From assembly GCA_000934665.2 (NCBI GenBank), contig JYFJ02004255.1, positions 1 through 33,670 on the forward strand: a DNA stretch of 33,670 nucleotides. Reading direction: 5' to 3'. The stretch comes from Catajapyx aquilonaris (lineage: Eukaryota). This document shows, piece by piece, positions 1 to 11,565 of this stretch. Both the position numbers and the translations under genes were made by a program. The first letter of the stretch is position 1. Every line of letters starts with the position of its first letter. The notes below the pieces were generated by a model. That model saw nothing but the letters and a program-made list of their open reading frames with translations, did not search any database and was not told the DNA's origin.

Positions 1-141
1 TGATGTACCCATATGTTTTTTTTTGTTTTTTTTATTATTTTTGTGTTTTGGACGTGTGGATTTTCTGGAATTCTCATACTGTACTCGGGATGTGTTGTTT
101 TTTTTTTGTTGTTGTTGTTTTTTTTCCTATGTTTTTTCTAC

Positions 142-268
142 GGGGGGAGGTGTTAGGCATTATACAGACAGGTGGCAGCACCTCTCGGAGTAAAACAAAA
201 GAAATAAAGTGAGTAGCAAAGATGGCGTAGTGTATCATTCAGCAGTTCCTCGGTCTCCGGACATAACA
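142..268 (+). mobile_element. Polypurine tract plus 118-bp 3' LTR of an LTR retrotransposon or TRIM
   Basis: GGGGGGAGG (142-150) is directly followed by TGTTAG...ATAACA (151-268): TG..CA termini, a 5-bp TGTTA/TAACA inverted end and an internal AATAAA. A near-identical inverted copy lies at 33574-33670. Confidence 0.75.
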
Positions 269-500
269 TGCAGCATGTAACGGAATTGCTCAATTAGGAG
301 TTAATTGTACAAAAAAAAATGCAGGGTGAATGTAAAAACTATAGTCCCAAGGTCACGGAGGAAAGGCGATCAACTTTGCACATGAATATTGTGTATGGAT
401 TAATATTTGCAGCCATTCAAAAATTAAGTCGACGGAACGAATTAGGGGAATAATTTAGATTAAGTATTAAGATCTATGACGTGGTACATTGTTGAAACTT
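269..500 (-). repeat. Orphan copy of the far-upstream block of the ELOVL repeat unit
   Basis: Aligns with 4687-4925, 10327-10565, 18697-18865 and 23098-23340 (TTGCTCAATTAGGAGTTAAT, CGGAGGAAAGGC, GTCGACGGAACGAATTAGG). Confidence 0.85.
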
Positions 501-1162
501 TATATCATAATATGAGTACTAAGTCGAATTTATCTTTTAATTATTGGGGTCGGGCATGTTCTTGATGATGTTTCTTGCTTTTTGCTCATGGTAGGTCATT
601 AAATTTTTATGCCTCATCATGATAATAGGAAGAAAATGTGACGTTGCCTATGTTACTTATAAAATATGTTATAAAACATCTCAATTGTGACATTTTGACC
701 TCCAAGCAATCCCAAAGAGTGCATCGTACAGTAGGCCTACACTCTTATCTATAAGAAGACGAATATACAGTAGTTTTACGCGTACTATTTCGTGGCGATG
801 CACTTAGTACATTGCATTACAGATAATTCCCCTCAATTCTAGTTCTTGTGTAAACTCGTGCAATAAAAAGTTCTAACTTGACCATTGCATGATTACGATC
901 CCATAACCTGTCAAAGTACAGAATTGATGCACACTGTACCTTCTTTTTTCATACAACACCATTGAGAAAGTATTTTACAACATTACAGTAGTTGAAAATA
1001 TTTACTATCATTATCTTACAGGGCGTTTTAAAGTTTCGACAATCTACCACGTCACAGATATTAATCATTGATATTAATTTTCACAGACAGTCGTTCCGTC
1101 TACTTTGTTAGTATGGTTGCAAAAATAATTCAAACACAACTAAAGATTCTCTAATATATTAT

Positions 1163-2000
1163 AAGCTTCTTGAATAATTTGTGAGACAAGTTGTAGTCTT
1201 GATTAAAGGTGTTGATTGGTTTTGGAGATTTTGGCTTCATTGCGGAGGTACTCGCTTGCTAAGGATTGAATCGCAATATATACTGGTGATAAAGGGATTT
1301 TCTTGGAGGTCACGCGACCCATGGAAAGTTTGACGGGTTGCCTGACGGGCAGAACGAGCCCTATCGCCAGCTCGCACTGCAAATGACAACTTTAAAAAGC
1401 TGTTATCTTCGTAATAAATCCAAAATCGCCTAAATAAACTTGGACAATTTCGCTTTATAAAATCCCCGAAATATCAAATCCGAGAGAAAATTAATATATA
1501 CGTACCATACGTTCCGCACTATCAGAGAGTCTAATGCATTATGTAAACCAGCATTTTGTGATAGTGATCAAATACCATGGGAAACAGGCTCATTTTAAAT
1601 AAGTGCAGTGTAATTAGAATAACTATGAGAAAGTACCTTTCTCATAGTTTTTCTAATTACACTGCACTGCACTGCACAGTTTTCAAATGCAGAAAAACTC
1701 GTGTGATCGCATGTAACTAGGTGCATCTCGAGTAAACTTGATCAGTATTACCAAACCCTGGCTTACATAACGCGTAAGTTCTGATTAGGTGTGTGACGAA
1801 ATGTGCACACACTTCCTCTCGGATTTCAGATTTCTGCGCGTTTCTTAAGGCGAAATAATTGTCCTATTTTATTTAGGCGATTTCGGCTTCATTGCGAAGT
1901 TAATAGCTTCGTAAGTAGTTTGGAATCGAAATGCAGGCTGGTGTTAGGGCTCTTCTTGCTCGTCAGGCCACCCGCCAAACCTATACTGGAGGTCACTTGG
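1163..2000. mobile_element. Foldback arrangement of a dispersed repeat family (probable non-autonomous DNA transposon relics)
   Basis: 1163-1545 is the reverse complement of about 33200-33573 and 19345-19555. About 1815-1900 is inverted relative to about 1400-1490. A hairpin lies centrally at 1602-1668. Confidence 0.55.
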
Positions 2001-2435
2001 CCTCCAAGATAATCCCTTTGCGCTCACACTCCTGGCTCACTTCTATAGCACAGCATAATAAGGAAAGTGTTTTGAAATGACTGTTATGCCATGGCATGAA
2101 GCGATGAAGGGACCTCATGACAGGGCAGAAATATCTAGAGTCAACGTTTATTCCGGATCGTAATATTAAACGCAATAATGCATCCTTGGTCATCCTTCTG
2201 GCTCCCAAACTCATGGCAATAATATATTCATATTTTAACAAAATTATATTGTTCTTGAACAAGATGCGACTCAAAAAATTGGTCACCCATATACGTAATT
2301 ATGATTCTTGCAAAGATATACTTTCCATCTAGAAACTGATGCTTTTGCACCCCAGATTATTTCACACCAGGGTAAGTCTCAATCAAAGAAGGAAGAAGGA
2401 GTATCCCTAATAGTATTAATTTATTTGCGTGTGAT

Positions 2436-4306
2436 CTAGTGCTTGATAGATTCTGACGTATAATTCAGGTTGTAGTCGGTCGTGTCGTCGCAATTGTCCT
2501 TCTGTAATGGGAAAAACTGTTTCGCAGCAAACATTTTGTACCACGCATTTGTCATATGTTACATTTTTTTGAAACTAAAACTCACCTGCCTAATTGCTCC
2601 TACTTTGAAGCAAGCGTACTTGTCCAAGTATGAAGACAGGCTGGACATGTCCTGTAAAGACATTTGTACAGTGACTCGTTGTTTACTCTAGATGACAAAT
2701 GAAACTAGTACTGGCGACATACCTTGGCGCCTTTCCTTTCGTATGACTGCAGGTAGAAATTTAAGAATAAGACGAAGAAGACAGGCGTCCAAATCAAAGT
2801 CAACATTTTGGGGAACCATGGATAATCGCACTCGATGAAAAGAAGCTGACCCTGATGAACAGCCAGCAAGGTGAACTGGACCTTTTTATGAAAGTTGTCG
2901 AATCAGTTTTTGCAGAACATGCTACCTACTGTAATGTCTGTTTCAATTAGCGGGTTTTCGTACTAAATTGCTCGTTATTAAGCAGGTAAATGTAGAGCCC
3001 AAGAAGAACGTTAATCAATCTTTCATATTGTTATAGGTAGATAAGAATTCATTCAGGTCATGAACTGCAAAAAATTATTTATGAGCTAAAGTTTACATAC
3101 TGGAACACTGGCATTCTAGGTCAACAGTTCTTGTAAACCCGAGGCTACTTGTCTGATGGACATTTCAGGTATAGCTTTAGGAATTCGCGTCTGTTCCTCC
3201 TAATACTTAATATGCAAAATAGCTGATTCTTTAAAAATGATTGAAACTGCTAATTGAATCGAACACTTGATAGTTGCATGACTTGATGACTTGAAGTGTC
3301 TCACCATCTGAACGGTGGTCAGGTACTTCTTCCACCAGAGGTACTTGTGGTATCCGAGGCCAGCCAGGAGGTAATACGAGTACATGAGCACGTGAACAAA
3401 CGAGTTGCAGAGACAGAGGAATGACGTGTGTCCCCCTGAAATTTGAATGTAATGAGACTAATGACTATCAGGCCGAAATATTAGTAGTCTTAAAAAAGGT
3501 AAACCTCATACCTGCAACAAATTTTAATCCGTACCATACCATAAAAGACATGGCGGCATGGTGCACCACGTGAAGAAAAGTGATCTGGTCGTACTTTTTC
3601 CTAAGCGCGAAGAACACCTGAAATATATGGACGAGGTATTTCGATAGCTACACGTACAATGATTAATATAATTGGGCATTGTTGTGTTCCTTACAGTGTC
3701 GCACCAGTCGATCATCTTGGAAATGTAGAACAGCCATCCAGCTTGAACCATCTGCGACAGAAACACTTATAGTTACGCTGAGAAGTTTGCAAGCAATCAG
3801 TAACTTACGACCATGGCCTGTGGGCTTCTGGAGTAGTCCACTGGCTGGCAAATGAAGCTGTAGGAAGTGAACCAGCCTCCCTTGATGCACTGCATGGTAT
3901 CAAGGTAGAGAATGTGACATTCAATTGATCACAAAATGAGCCACTATACATTACTGTCACTTAATTTATTGTCACTTACCAGAGTGACTATCCAGGCGTT
4001 GAAGATCACTTGGAAGGCGTTATACGCGGTCACTAATTTAGTGAGCTTCATTGGTGGTCTACCCACCATTAGTCTCGGAATTACATAACACACTAGAAGT
4101 ATGTATCCGAATATGGCTGCCAAAAGGGCGTACATGTGACCAGTCAATGGCAGCTCCATCACTCGGGGATCTGATTAATAAATAAATCATAGATGGATTG
4201 TAATTATAGATGCAATGAACAGCGCAGTACCTTCATCCTCGTAAAATACGTAGTTGTACCATTGCTCCGTGTAAGCTCCCAGAGCAATGTTGTATTCTAC
4301 AGACAT
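2436..4306 (-). CDS. ELOVL: ELOVL-family fatty acid elongase, copy A (intact, 310 aa)
   Basis: Exons 4306-4231, 4170-3980, 3889-3809, 3751-3695, 3617-3512, 3435-3305, 2881-2723, 2651-2586, 2501-2436. All introns are GT-AG and the 933 nt are in frame. Motifs: [52 protein letters not shown]. Confidence 0.92.
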
Positions 4307-4549
4307 CGTCTCGATGCCTGCCGTTGTCTTTTCCACTTCTTGTCCTGTGCTATTGATGGTTCCAGGCTGGGTATATGAGGAAAGGAGTTCACTGAAGCTG
4401 TGTCGAACTTGTACTTGACAAATGTCACTAGATCAAAGTCACTTCCTTTCAGTGTGGGATTTCCTCCATAGTTGGTGAGACGCCAATGTAGCAAGTATCA
4501 CACTCAACCTTTCCTGAGCATTTAACCTTGTGCAAGAACCCATCCAACC

Positions 4550-4557
4550 CTTTTATA
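4550..4557 (-). promoter_or_regulatory. Candidate TATA box (TATAAAAG) of copy A
   Basis: Lies in an upstream block conserved among copies, at the same relative position in B, D and G. No transcript evidence. Confidence 0.4.
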
Positions 4558-5169
4558 CTGACAAGAAAATGTTGGTGTTCAGGTGACTGAAAGACTATTT
4601 AAGTAATCAAACACTGACCACTGACGAAATGCGTTACATCTCTCATAGTTCATCAGCAATAGCGAGAAATGCTCTGGTTGAGTAAGTGCGGCATGCAACG
4701 TGGGATGATTTGCTCAATTAGGAGTTAATAGTACAAAAAAAGGCAGCGTGAATGTAAAACCTGTAGTCCCATCAAGGTGACGGAGGAAAGGCGATAAACT
4801 TTGTTCCTGAATTACTGTGTATGAATTAGTTTTGAAGCCATACAAAAATAATGTCGACGGAACGAATTAGGGGAATAATTTAGATGAAGTCTTATGCTCT
4901 ATGACGTGGTAGATTGTTGAAAATTTTAAACACCCTGTGAGATAATAATAAAAAATATTCGCAACTTCCATAATGTTGCGTTGTAATGATAAATATTATA
5001 TAATATATTTTCCCCCTGGTAGTAATGGTATATAGGCCTAGTCAAATGTGAATGTATAACGCATACACATTTTGCAACATACGATGCCAAAAGATGGGGT
5101 AGTCAATATTGGATAATGGAAATTGTGGGCTATACATAAACTATTCCAAGGAAGTTACAAGCACATTAC

Positions 5170-5426
5170 AAAAATGTACATTTTACTGTTAAAATCTCAA
5201 TAATTTGACTCTGAAGAGAAAGGATGTGTTTAACGATCGATTTTGACCTGTACCGCCACACTTTTAAATTGAATTTTTGTCAGATAAGGTAAAATATGAA
5301 AATATGGAAACTTAGACTGAATATTTTTTTAAGCTTTGCAAAAATCCGCGTTAGAAATGTGCGCAATTTAGGTACATTTTCCTATTCAAAATCGCCGCAG
5401 GTAGCGCCATGAACATATAATAAGTG
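5170..5426. mobile_element. Dispersed repeat, partial copy of the piggyBac-like element at 18866-19158
   Basis: Shares GGATGTGTTTAACGATCGATTTTGACCTGTACCGCCACAC...CATGAACATATAATAAGTG with about 18900-19158. Confidence 0.55.
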
Positions 5427-5464
5427 TTTCAATATCCTTGCAATAGTATCAGATATAATGACTT

Positions 5465-5520
5465 TCTCTCTCTCTCCCTCCCTCCCCCCTCCCTTTCTCT
5501 CCCTCCCTCTCCCTCTCTCT
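5465..5520. repeat. CT-rich microsatellite
   Basis: (CT)n and CCCT runs seen directly. Confidence 0.9.
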
Positions 5521-5987
5521 GGGCAGCGGGAAATGCTGACCACATTCTATTTCGCTGTTGTCGGATTCGAATCGTATCGTATCGTATCGTGTCTGTGATA
5601 AGTGTGAATCGATGTGAATTGATATATATGGTGACTCTAGAGTCTAGAGTCAGGATGCATATGTAATTGGATTGCATTGTTGGTTGCCAGCTGTGCCCAC
5701 AGTGCCAACCCAACCTTTACTGACTGACAACAATCTGCTATTGTTGGCACAACTGGAAACCAACAATACAATCCAATTACCTGTGTATCTTTAGAGTCAC
5801 ACAGTATAAATAATGTGCAGCACAGGTGCGCAATGGATATATCGTATAATCGAAACCTATAGGGAGAATTATTATTATTATTATTATTATTTTGAAGAGA
5901 AAGTTGTCGGTACTCCTCGGTACTCCTTGGTACTCCTTGAATTTGGTACTCCGGTGTACACTTTTCAGTCGAGTGATTACCCCCTTG

Positions 5988-6225
5988 CAACTGGTAAGAA
6001 GACCTGGTACCACCTTCCTGTCCTCCAGAGCCGTCCAAGCCTCCTGCCAGCCGATCAAGGTCTCTCTCCAGCAGATCCGACCCTGCACAGTCCCCGCTGT
6101 TTCAGGGAGAAATATTATATTGTCTTCCGGTGGTAACATCCGCTGCCCTCCTGGCTTCCCTGTCCGCAATCTCGTTGCATAGCGTGCCGGAGTGGCCCCT
6201 CACCCAGCAGAGGCGGACTTCCGCA
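5988..6225 (-). mobile_element. Non-LTR retrotransposon ORF2 fragment containing the RNase H C-terminal motif
   Basis: The minus strand translates as EVRLCWVRGHSGTLCNEIADREARRAA (RNase H WVxGHxGxxxNExADxxA). After frameshifts it continues WRETLIGWQEAW and RWYQVFLPV. Confidence 0.8.
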
Positions 6226-7054
6226 ATTATTATATCTGCATACTAAATGCATTTCTTTAGGTTTCATTATTTTTCTGATGATTTGTAATAAACCGAACAC
6301 TCAAACATGTAGAGTACACATTTTTTGACTTACGTACTGTACATCATTACTTCATTAGCATGTCGATGGTGAAATGGAATGTGTATATACGTCTTTCCTC
6401 TTCGATTCAGGCTTTATGAGCATTTCTAGGGCGAAACTATCCCAGTTCATTAAGAAGGTTTCGGTTTCATCTTAAAAATTGTCTCGATTTTTAAGTAGTT
6501 TTGAATCGCAATATTCGATGGTGATGTCTCATACTGGGAAGTCCGTATGATTCACATATCTCCCTGTATTCTACCTGCGCATGTTTTCATTATGTAAAAG
6601 GTGATAATAATTATATTCGCAACATCTCCGATTGTGTAACAATACTTATTACTGACGACGTGTGTTTCATGCTACAAAGAGGGATATTGCATATTTTGCA
6701 AGAATGATGAAGAAAGAATAATCATAATATATAATGAGTACGCCTATTTAATAATGCATTCTCCTGGCGCTGAGAAAGATCACGGCCAATATAGGGATAT
6801 GCCGAATATTTTCATAGGCCTATATTGCGATTCTCACTGACAAGTGAGATCAGATGGAAGTCGAATAAGAGTGTATTGCTATGCTAATAAAATGATGCAT
6901 TGCATATTAATTAGTATGCGCAAGGTGCAAGTTTTCCCTTCCTCCCTCCATTACCTTCCTTTGATTTTATTTTTTCTGTTCAGGAGTAAAAATGTGCGGA
7001 TTGCAACTAATAGTGTAGTCTTGGTGTAGTCATATTGCATAAATTTGTTAGCCT

Positions 7055-7120
7055 CTATCCTATAGTTCGCTTTGATGTGTCATTCTTCTTGCCATCTTTC
7101 CCAACGTCGCAATTGTCCAT
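7055..7120 (-). other. Isolated extra copy of ELOVL terminal exon 9
   Basis: TATTTTACAG acceptor followed by MDNCDVGKDGKKNDTSKRTIG*. It is 66 nt, the same length and phase as exon 9 of copies A, D, G and H. Confidence 0.75.
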
Positions 7121-7680
7121 CTGTAAAATAGCAGGGGCCGGGGGGTGGGAGGGGGTCGCACATTTATGGAAACATGTTTAAGGGGTCGCAGTTGGTGAAA
7201 GGTTGGAAACCACTGCACTATACATTGTTCTTATGGTTACATAATATTACCACAACCTTGCCACAACACTGTAGGCTACTATGATAAATTTCCAACGGTA
7301 CAGACTTTACGGGCCAGCCTGTACTGAGGGAACATGTTTATATAAACGATCACGTGGGAGAAACGTGACCTTGGCATATACGACTCAACTTGGCGGGAAC
7401 AGGGGGGGGAATCTGGAGTTGCTATGGTAGTTGAGTCACCATCCAAGAGATGGTAGGAGCACATTGAACCGGGTTTGGCATCGCAAAGGTCGCCTTCTCT
7501 ATGCACATCCTCGCACGCCAAATTTAAAAAAAATCCTCATGACATCAGAATAATTATGACGTCAAAGGTTTAATATAAGGAGGGGGGAGGCGCAGGCGGG
7601 AGAGAGGTCGGGGGGAGGGGAGTATGATGCGGATAATTGTTGGATGAGCATCATTAAGAACATGACCTACACCGCAGGCC

Positions 7681-7765
7681 GCAGGCCTAGAAAAGAGCGA
7701 GCGAAGCGAGTGCTTTTCTAGGCCTGCGCCCTAGGAAAATGCGAGCGGAGCGAGGGTTTTCCTAG
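7681..7765 (+). mobile_element. Helitron-like 3' terminus (double hairpin ending CTAG)
   Basis: GCAGGCCTAGAAAAG..GCGAGCGAAGCGAG..CTTTTCTAGGCCTGC, then CTAGGAAAA..GCGAGCGGAGCGAG..TTTTCCTAG followed by T. Confidence 0.5.
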
Positions 7766-7870
7766 TTATTATAGAAAGTCTCAATAAAGAACGAAGAGGG
7801 TTGTAGTCCCACGAGTAGATATTTATATTAATATACAGTATGTGTTTTCATTAATTTGTTTGCATGTGAT

Positions 7871-9607
7871 CTAGTGCTTGATAATATTAAATTTTGACAT
7901 ATCATTCTTGTTGTCATCGGTCCCGTCGTCGGAATTGTCCTTCTGGAAGGAGGTAAATGGCGAGTTCAGGTTACATCTCAAACATTTTGCACCACACATT
8001 TGCATGCAGAATTTCTTAAACTGACCATAACAACTCACCTGCTGACTTGCTCTTACTGGGAAGCAAACGTACTGGTCCATGTATGAAGACGGGGCCTGGG
8101 CCTGTAAAGACATAGCCTACAGTAAGTCGTTGTATACCGTACAGGCGAATGAAACTTGAAATGTCTTTTAATGGATTTTAATCGCGACATTATTACCTTG
8201 GTGCGTGACATCCCGTATGACTGGTGATAAAAATCGAGAAAGAAAATTAATATAGCGGGTGCCACAAGCAGACCCCAAAATTGGGGGTACCACGGATGAT
8301 CGCACTCGATGAAAAGCAGCTGACCCTGATGCACACCCAGCAAGACGAACTGGACCTTTTCATTAAATAATTAAAATAATTAAATTAAATATTATTGTAG
8401 CCTTACCAACTGCCAGTTTTAATCGAATTAGCCATATTTCGCTCCGTTCATTGCTAAGGCTTTACTGTCAGCAGCCAGCAACTACACGAAATTAATTATA
8501 TATTTCTCAGATTATTAGGTTGAGGAGAATAATACATTCAGATACAAATTGTAATGAATTATCAAGCGATTTCTGATGTGATTTGGCCTCACCATCTGGA
8601 CTGTGGTCAGGTACTTCTTCCACCAGAGGTACTTGTGGTATCCCAGGCCAGCCAGGAGGTAATACGAGTACATCAGCGCGTGAACAAACGAGTTCAAAAT
8701 GCAGATTAAGGTGGAGTGCCCACCTGAAATGAGACGGTAATGACTATGAGGCCGAAATATTAGCATACTTTAAAAATTAATCAGCCTCATACCTGCAATA
8801 AATTTCAGCCCGTACCACATAGCAAAAGGCATGCCTGCATGGTGGATCACGTGAATAAAAGTCATCTGGCCGCACTTTTTCCTAAGCGCGAAGAACACCT
8901 GAAATATATGGACGAGGTATTTTGATAGCTACACGTACAATGATTAATATAATTGGGCATTGTTGTGTTCCTTACAGTGTCGCACCAGTCGATCAGCTTG
9001 GAAATGTAGAACAGCCAGCAAGCTTGAACCATCTGCAACAGAAACACTTATAGTTACGCTGAGAAGTTTGCAAGCAATAAGTAACTTACGGCCATGGCCT
9101 GTGGGCTTATGGAGTAGTCCACTGGCTGGCAAATGAAGCTGTATAGGAAGTGAACCAGCCTCCCTTGATGCACTACATGGAATCAAAGCATTTGGTTTAA
9201 TCTATCACAAAATGAACCCCTACAAAACCGTCACTTGTCACTTACCAGAGTGATTATCCAGGAGTTGACTATCACTTGGAAGGCGTTATACGCGGTCACT
9301 AATTTAGTGAGCTTCATTGGTGGTCTATCCACCATTAGTCTCGGAAGTATATAAGACACTAGAAAGACGTATCCGAAGCTGGCTGCCACAAGTGTGTACA
9401 TGTGACCAGTCAATGGAAGCTCCATCACTCGAGGATCTGAAATTGGTTAATAATGTACAGTATACAGATGTAAGTTATTGTAATAATAGATGTAATGAAC
9501 AATGATGCAGTACCTTCATCCTCGTAAAATATGTGGTTGTACCATTGTTTCATGTAAGTCCCCAAAGGAATGTTGTTTTCTGCCGACGTCGTCGTGTTGC
9601 CAGCCAT
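7871..9607 (-). pseudogene. ELOVL: ELOVL copy B, full length with a single 2-bp frameshift in exon 3
   Basis: Exons 9607-9514, 9436-9246, 9172-9090 (83 nt instead of 81), 9032-8976, 8898-8793, 8723-8593, 8355-8197, 8101-8039, 7942-7871. GCTGTATAGGAAG replaces the GCTGTAGGAAG of other copies, giving a premature TAA at 9109-9107. Confidence 0.85.
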
Positions 9608-10194
9608 TGTCTTTTCCACTTGTCCTGTGCTAATTATTGAGGTTCCAGGCTGGCTATATGCGGAAAGCAGTTCATTGAAGCTGTGTGGGAAGTAATATTG
9701 TAAGTGTAACCAACCAGTGATCATGCCACACAAACCACTGAGTTACACACTTCACTGGCATGTGTGCTTTTAGAGAGCTCGTTTTCTTTTATTTGCTTGC
9801 AGTAAAGAAACCCTGGGTGTAGGATATAATCACGCACTATATACGGTATGTACTGTACGTAACGTATGTTGTAACTTGCAATAACTCTGGCAATATTTCA
9901 CATTTTGAAGAAATACGATATAATTGTACATAGTACCAAAAATGTTCCTATCGTAATATGTGTCAGAAAATATCTCGATTCGTATAAATTGCGACACTCT
10001 GTACTGTACCTTTCTTTAACAAATGTGTAGTCGAACTTGTACTTAGATGTCACCAGATCAAAGTCACTTCCTGTGATCGTGGGATTTCCTCCATCGGACC
10101 TGTGATTACTGTTGGTGAGACGCCAATGTATAGCAAGTGTCACACTCAACTAACTTTTCCTGAGCATTTAACCTTGTGTAGACCCCACCCGGCT

Positions 10195-10202
10195 CTTTTA
10201 TA
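10195..10202 (-). promoter_or_regulatory. Candidate TATA box of copy B; putative non-coding first exon ends at AAG|GTACAG near 10010
   Basis: Conserved block with TATAAAAG and a conserved donor-like site. Confidence 0.4.
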
Positions 10203-10682
10203 CTGACAAGAAAATGTTGGTGTTCATGTTACTGAAAGAGTATTTAAGTAATCAAACACTGACGAAATGCGTTACATCTCTCGTATTTCATCAACAGAAT
10301 AGGGAGAAATGTTCTGGTTGAGTAATTGCGGTATGCAACACTGGATGATTTGCTCAATTAGGAGTTAATAGTACAAAAAAGTAGAGTGAATGTTAAAAAC
10401 TGTAGTACCAAGGTGACGGAGGAAAGGCTGTCAATTTTGCACATGAATATTGTATATGAATAATTTATTTTGAAGCCATACAAAAATTAAGTCGACGGAA
10501 CGAATTAGGAGAATAATTTAGATCAAGTATTAAGATCTATGACGTGGTAGATTGTAGAAACTTTGAAACACTCTGTAAGATAATAATAATATTAATATTA
10601 TCAACTACCGTAATGTTGCGTTCAAGGTTGCGTTGTAATGACAAATATTGTAATATATTTTCCCCCTGGTAGTAATGGTATG

Positions 10683-11109
10683 CAGGGTGTACCTGAACTC
10701 AGTGCCCCGACGTATATGACTGCCTTCCTAGCCACCAGAGGATCGATTTAAGTATAGGAGTCATTATGTCTGGGCAGCCTAATTACTGAAATACACTCTT
10801 TAGCGATTCTTGCCTAATCGCTCCTTCTGACTTTTGAATAGAATTTTCTGGTGTAACTAGCCAAAGAGGCCTTACCACCTGTGGGCAACAAACCAACAAA
10901 GTCCGGCCCCCAGACCTTCCAGAGCCTTCTGACTGGGGGAGGGTTAGATGGGTGGCCTAACCGACAGGATATTTTGTACTACATGTTTGCGGCCAATATT
11001 ATCTCCGTAATGAGGCTGCCCAGACATATGACTCCTATACTTAAATCGATCCTCTGGTGGCTAGGAAGGCAGTCATATACGTCTGGGCACTAAGTTCAGA
11101 TACACCATG
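10683..11109. mobile_element. Tc1/mariner-type MITE
   Basis: About 105-bp terminal inverted repeats starting CAGGGTGTACCTGAACT and ending AGTTCAGATACACCATG, in a TA context. The paralogous sites at about 5030 and 23812 are empty. Confidence 0.85.
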
Positions 11110-11565
11110 TATAGTCAAATGTGAATCCCAGTATAACGCATACACATTTTGCAACATACGATGCCAAAAGATGTGTTGGTCAATATTGGATATTTGGAAA
11201 TTGTACATAAACTATTCCAAAAAGATTCCAAGGTCATAATTTTAATTAATACCATCTACTATGGCTATGGTTTACTATTTTCGTGCAAATTTCTTTAACA
11301 TCGTAAAGCGAATTTTATCTCAGAAAAGAAATGGGTAAAAAATAATTTTATAAAGCCCATGTAAAATAATAATATAATCTTCGAACCCTCACAATTCGAA
11401 ATCAGTCCATGCTTCTCTGATCGTTCTGCAGTTCAGGTATAAATAGGCGGCTGCAAAGGGCGGCAGATGCATAAAATAATCATACACAACACATATTTAT
11501 CATCCATGAAGTTATTTTTGCATTTTATGAACAATAATGTACTTAGTAATTTTCCTGTATATGAT

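Noticed and set aside
3..212. 69-aa Phe-rich ORF
   Set aside because: Produced by T-rich low-complexity sequence running into the LTR.
5908..5952. Short GGTACTCC direct repeats, also CCTGTCCCACCCCCCAC at 23480-23526
   Set aside because: Simple slippage repeats with no spacers and no cas genes, in a eukaryotic context. Not CRISPR.
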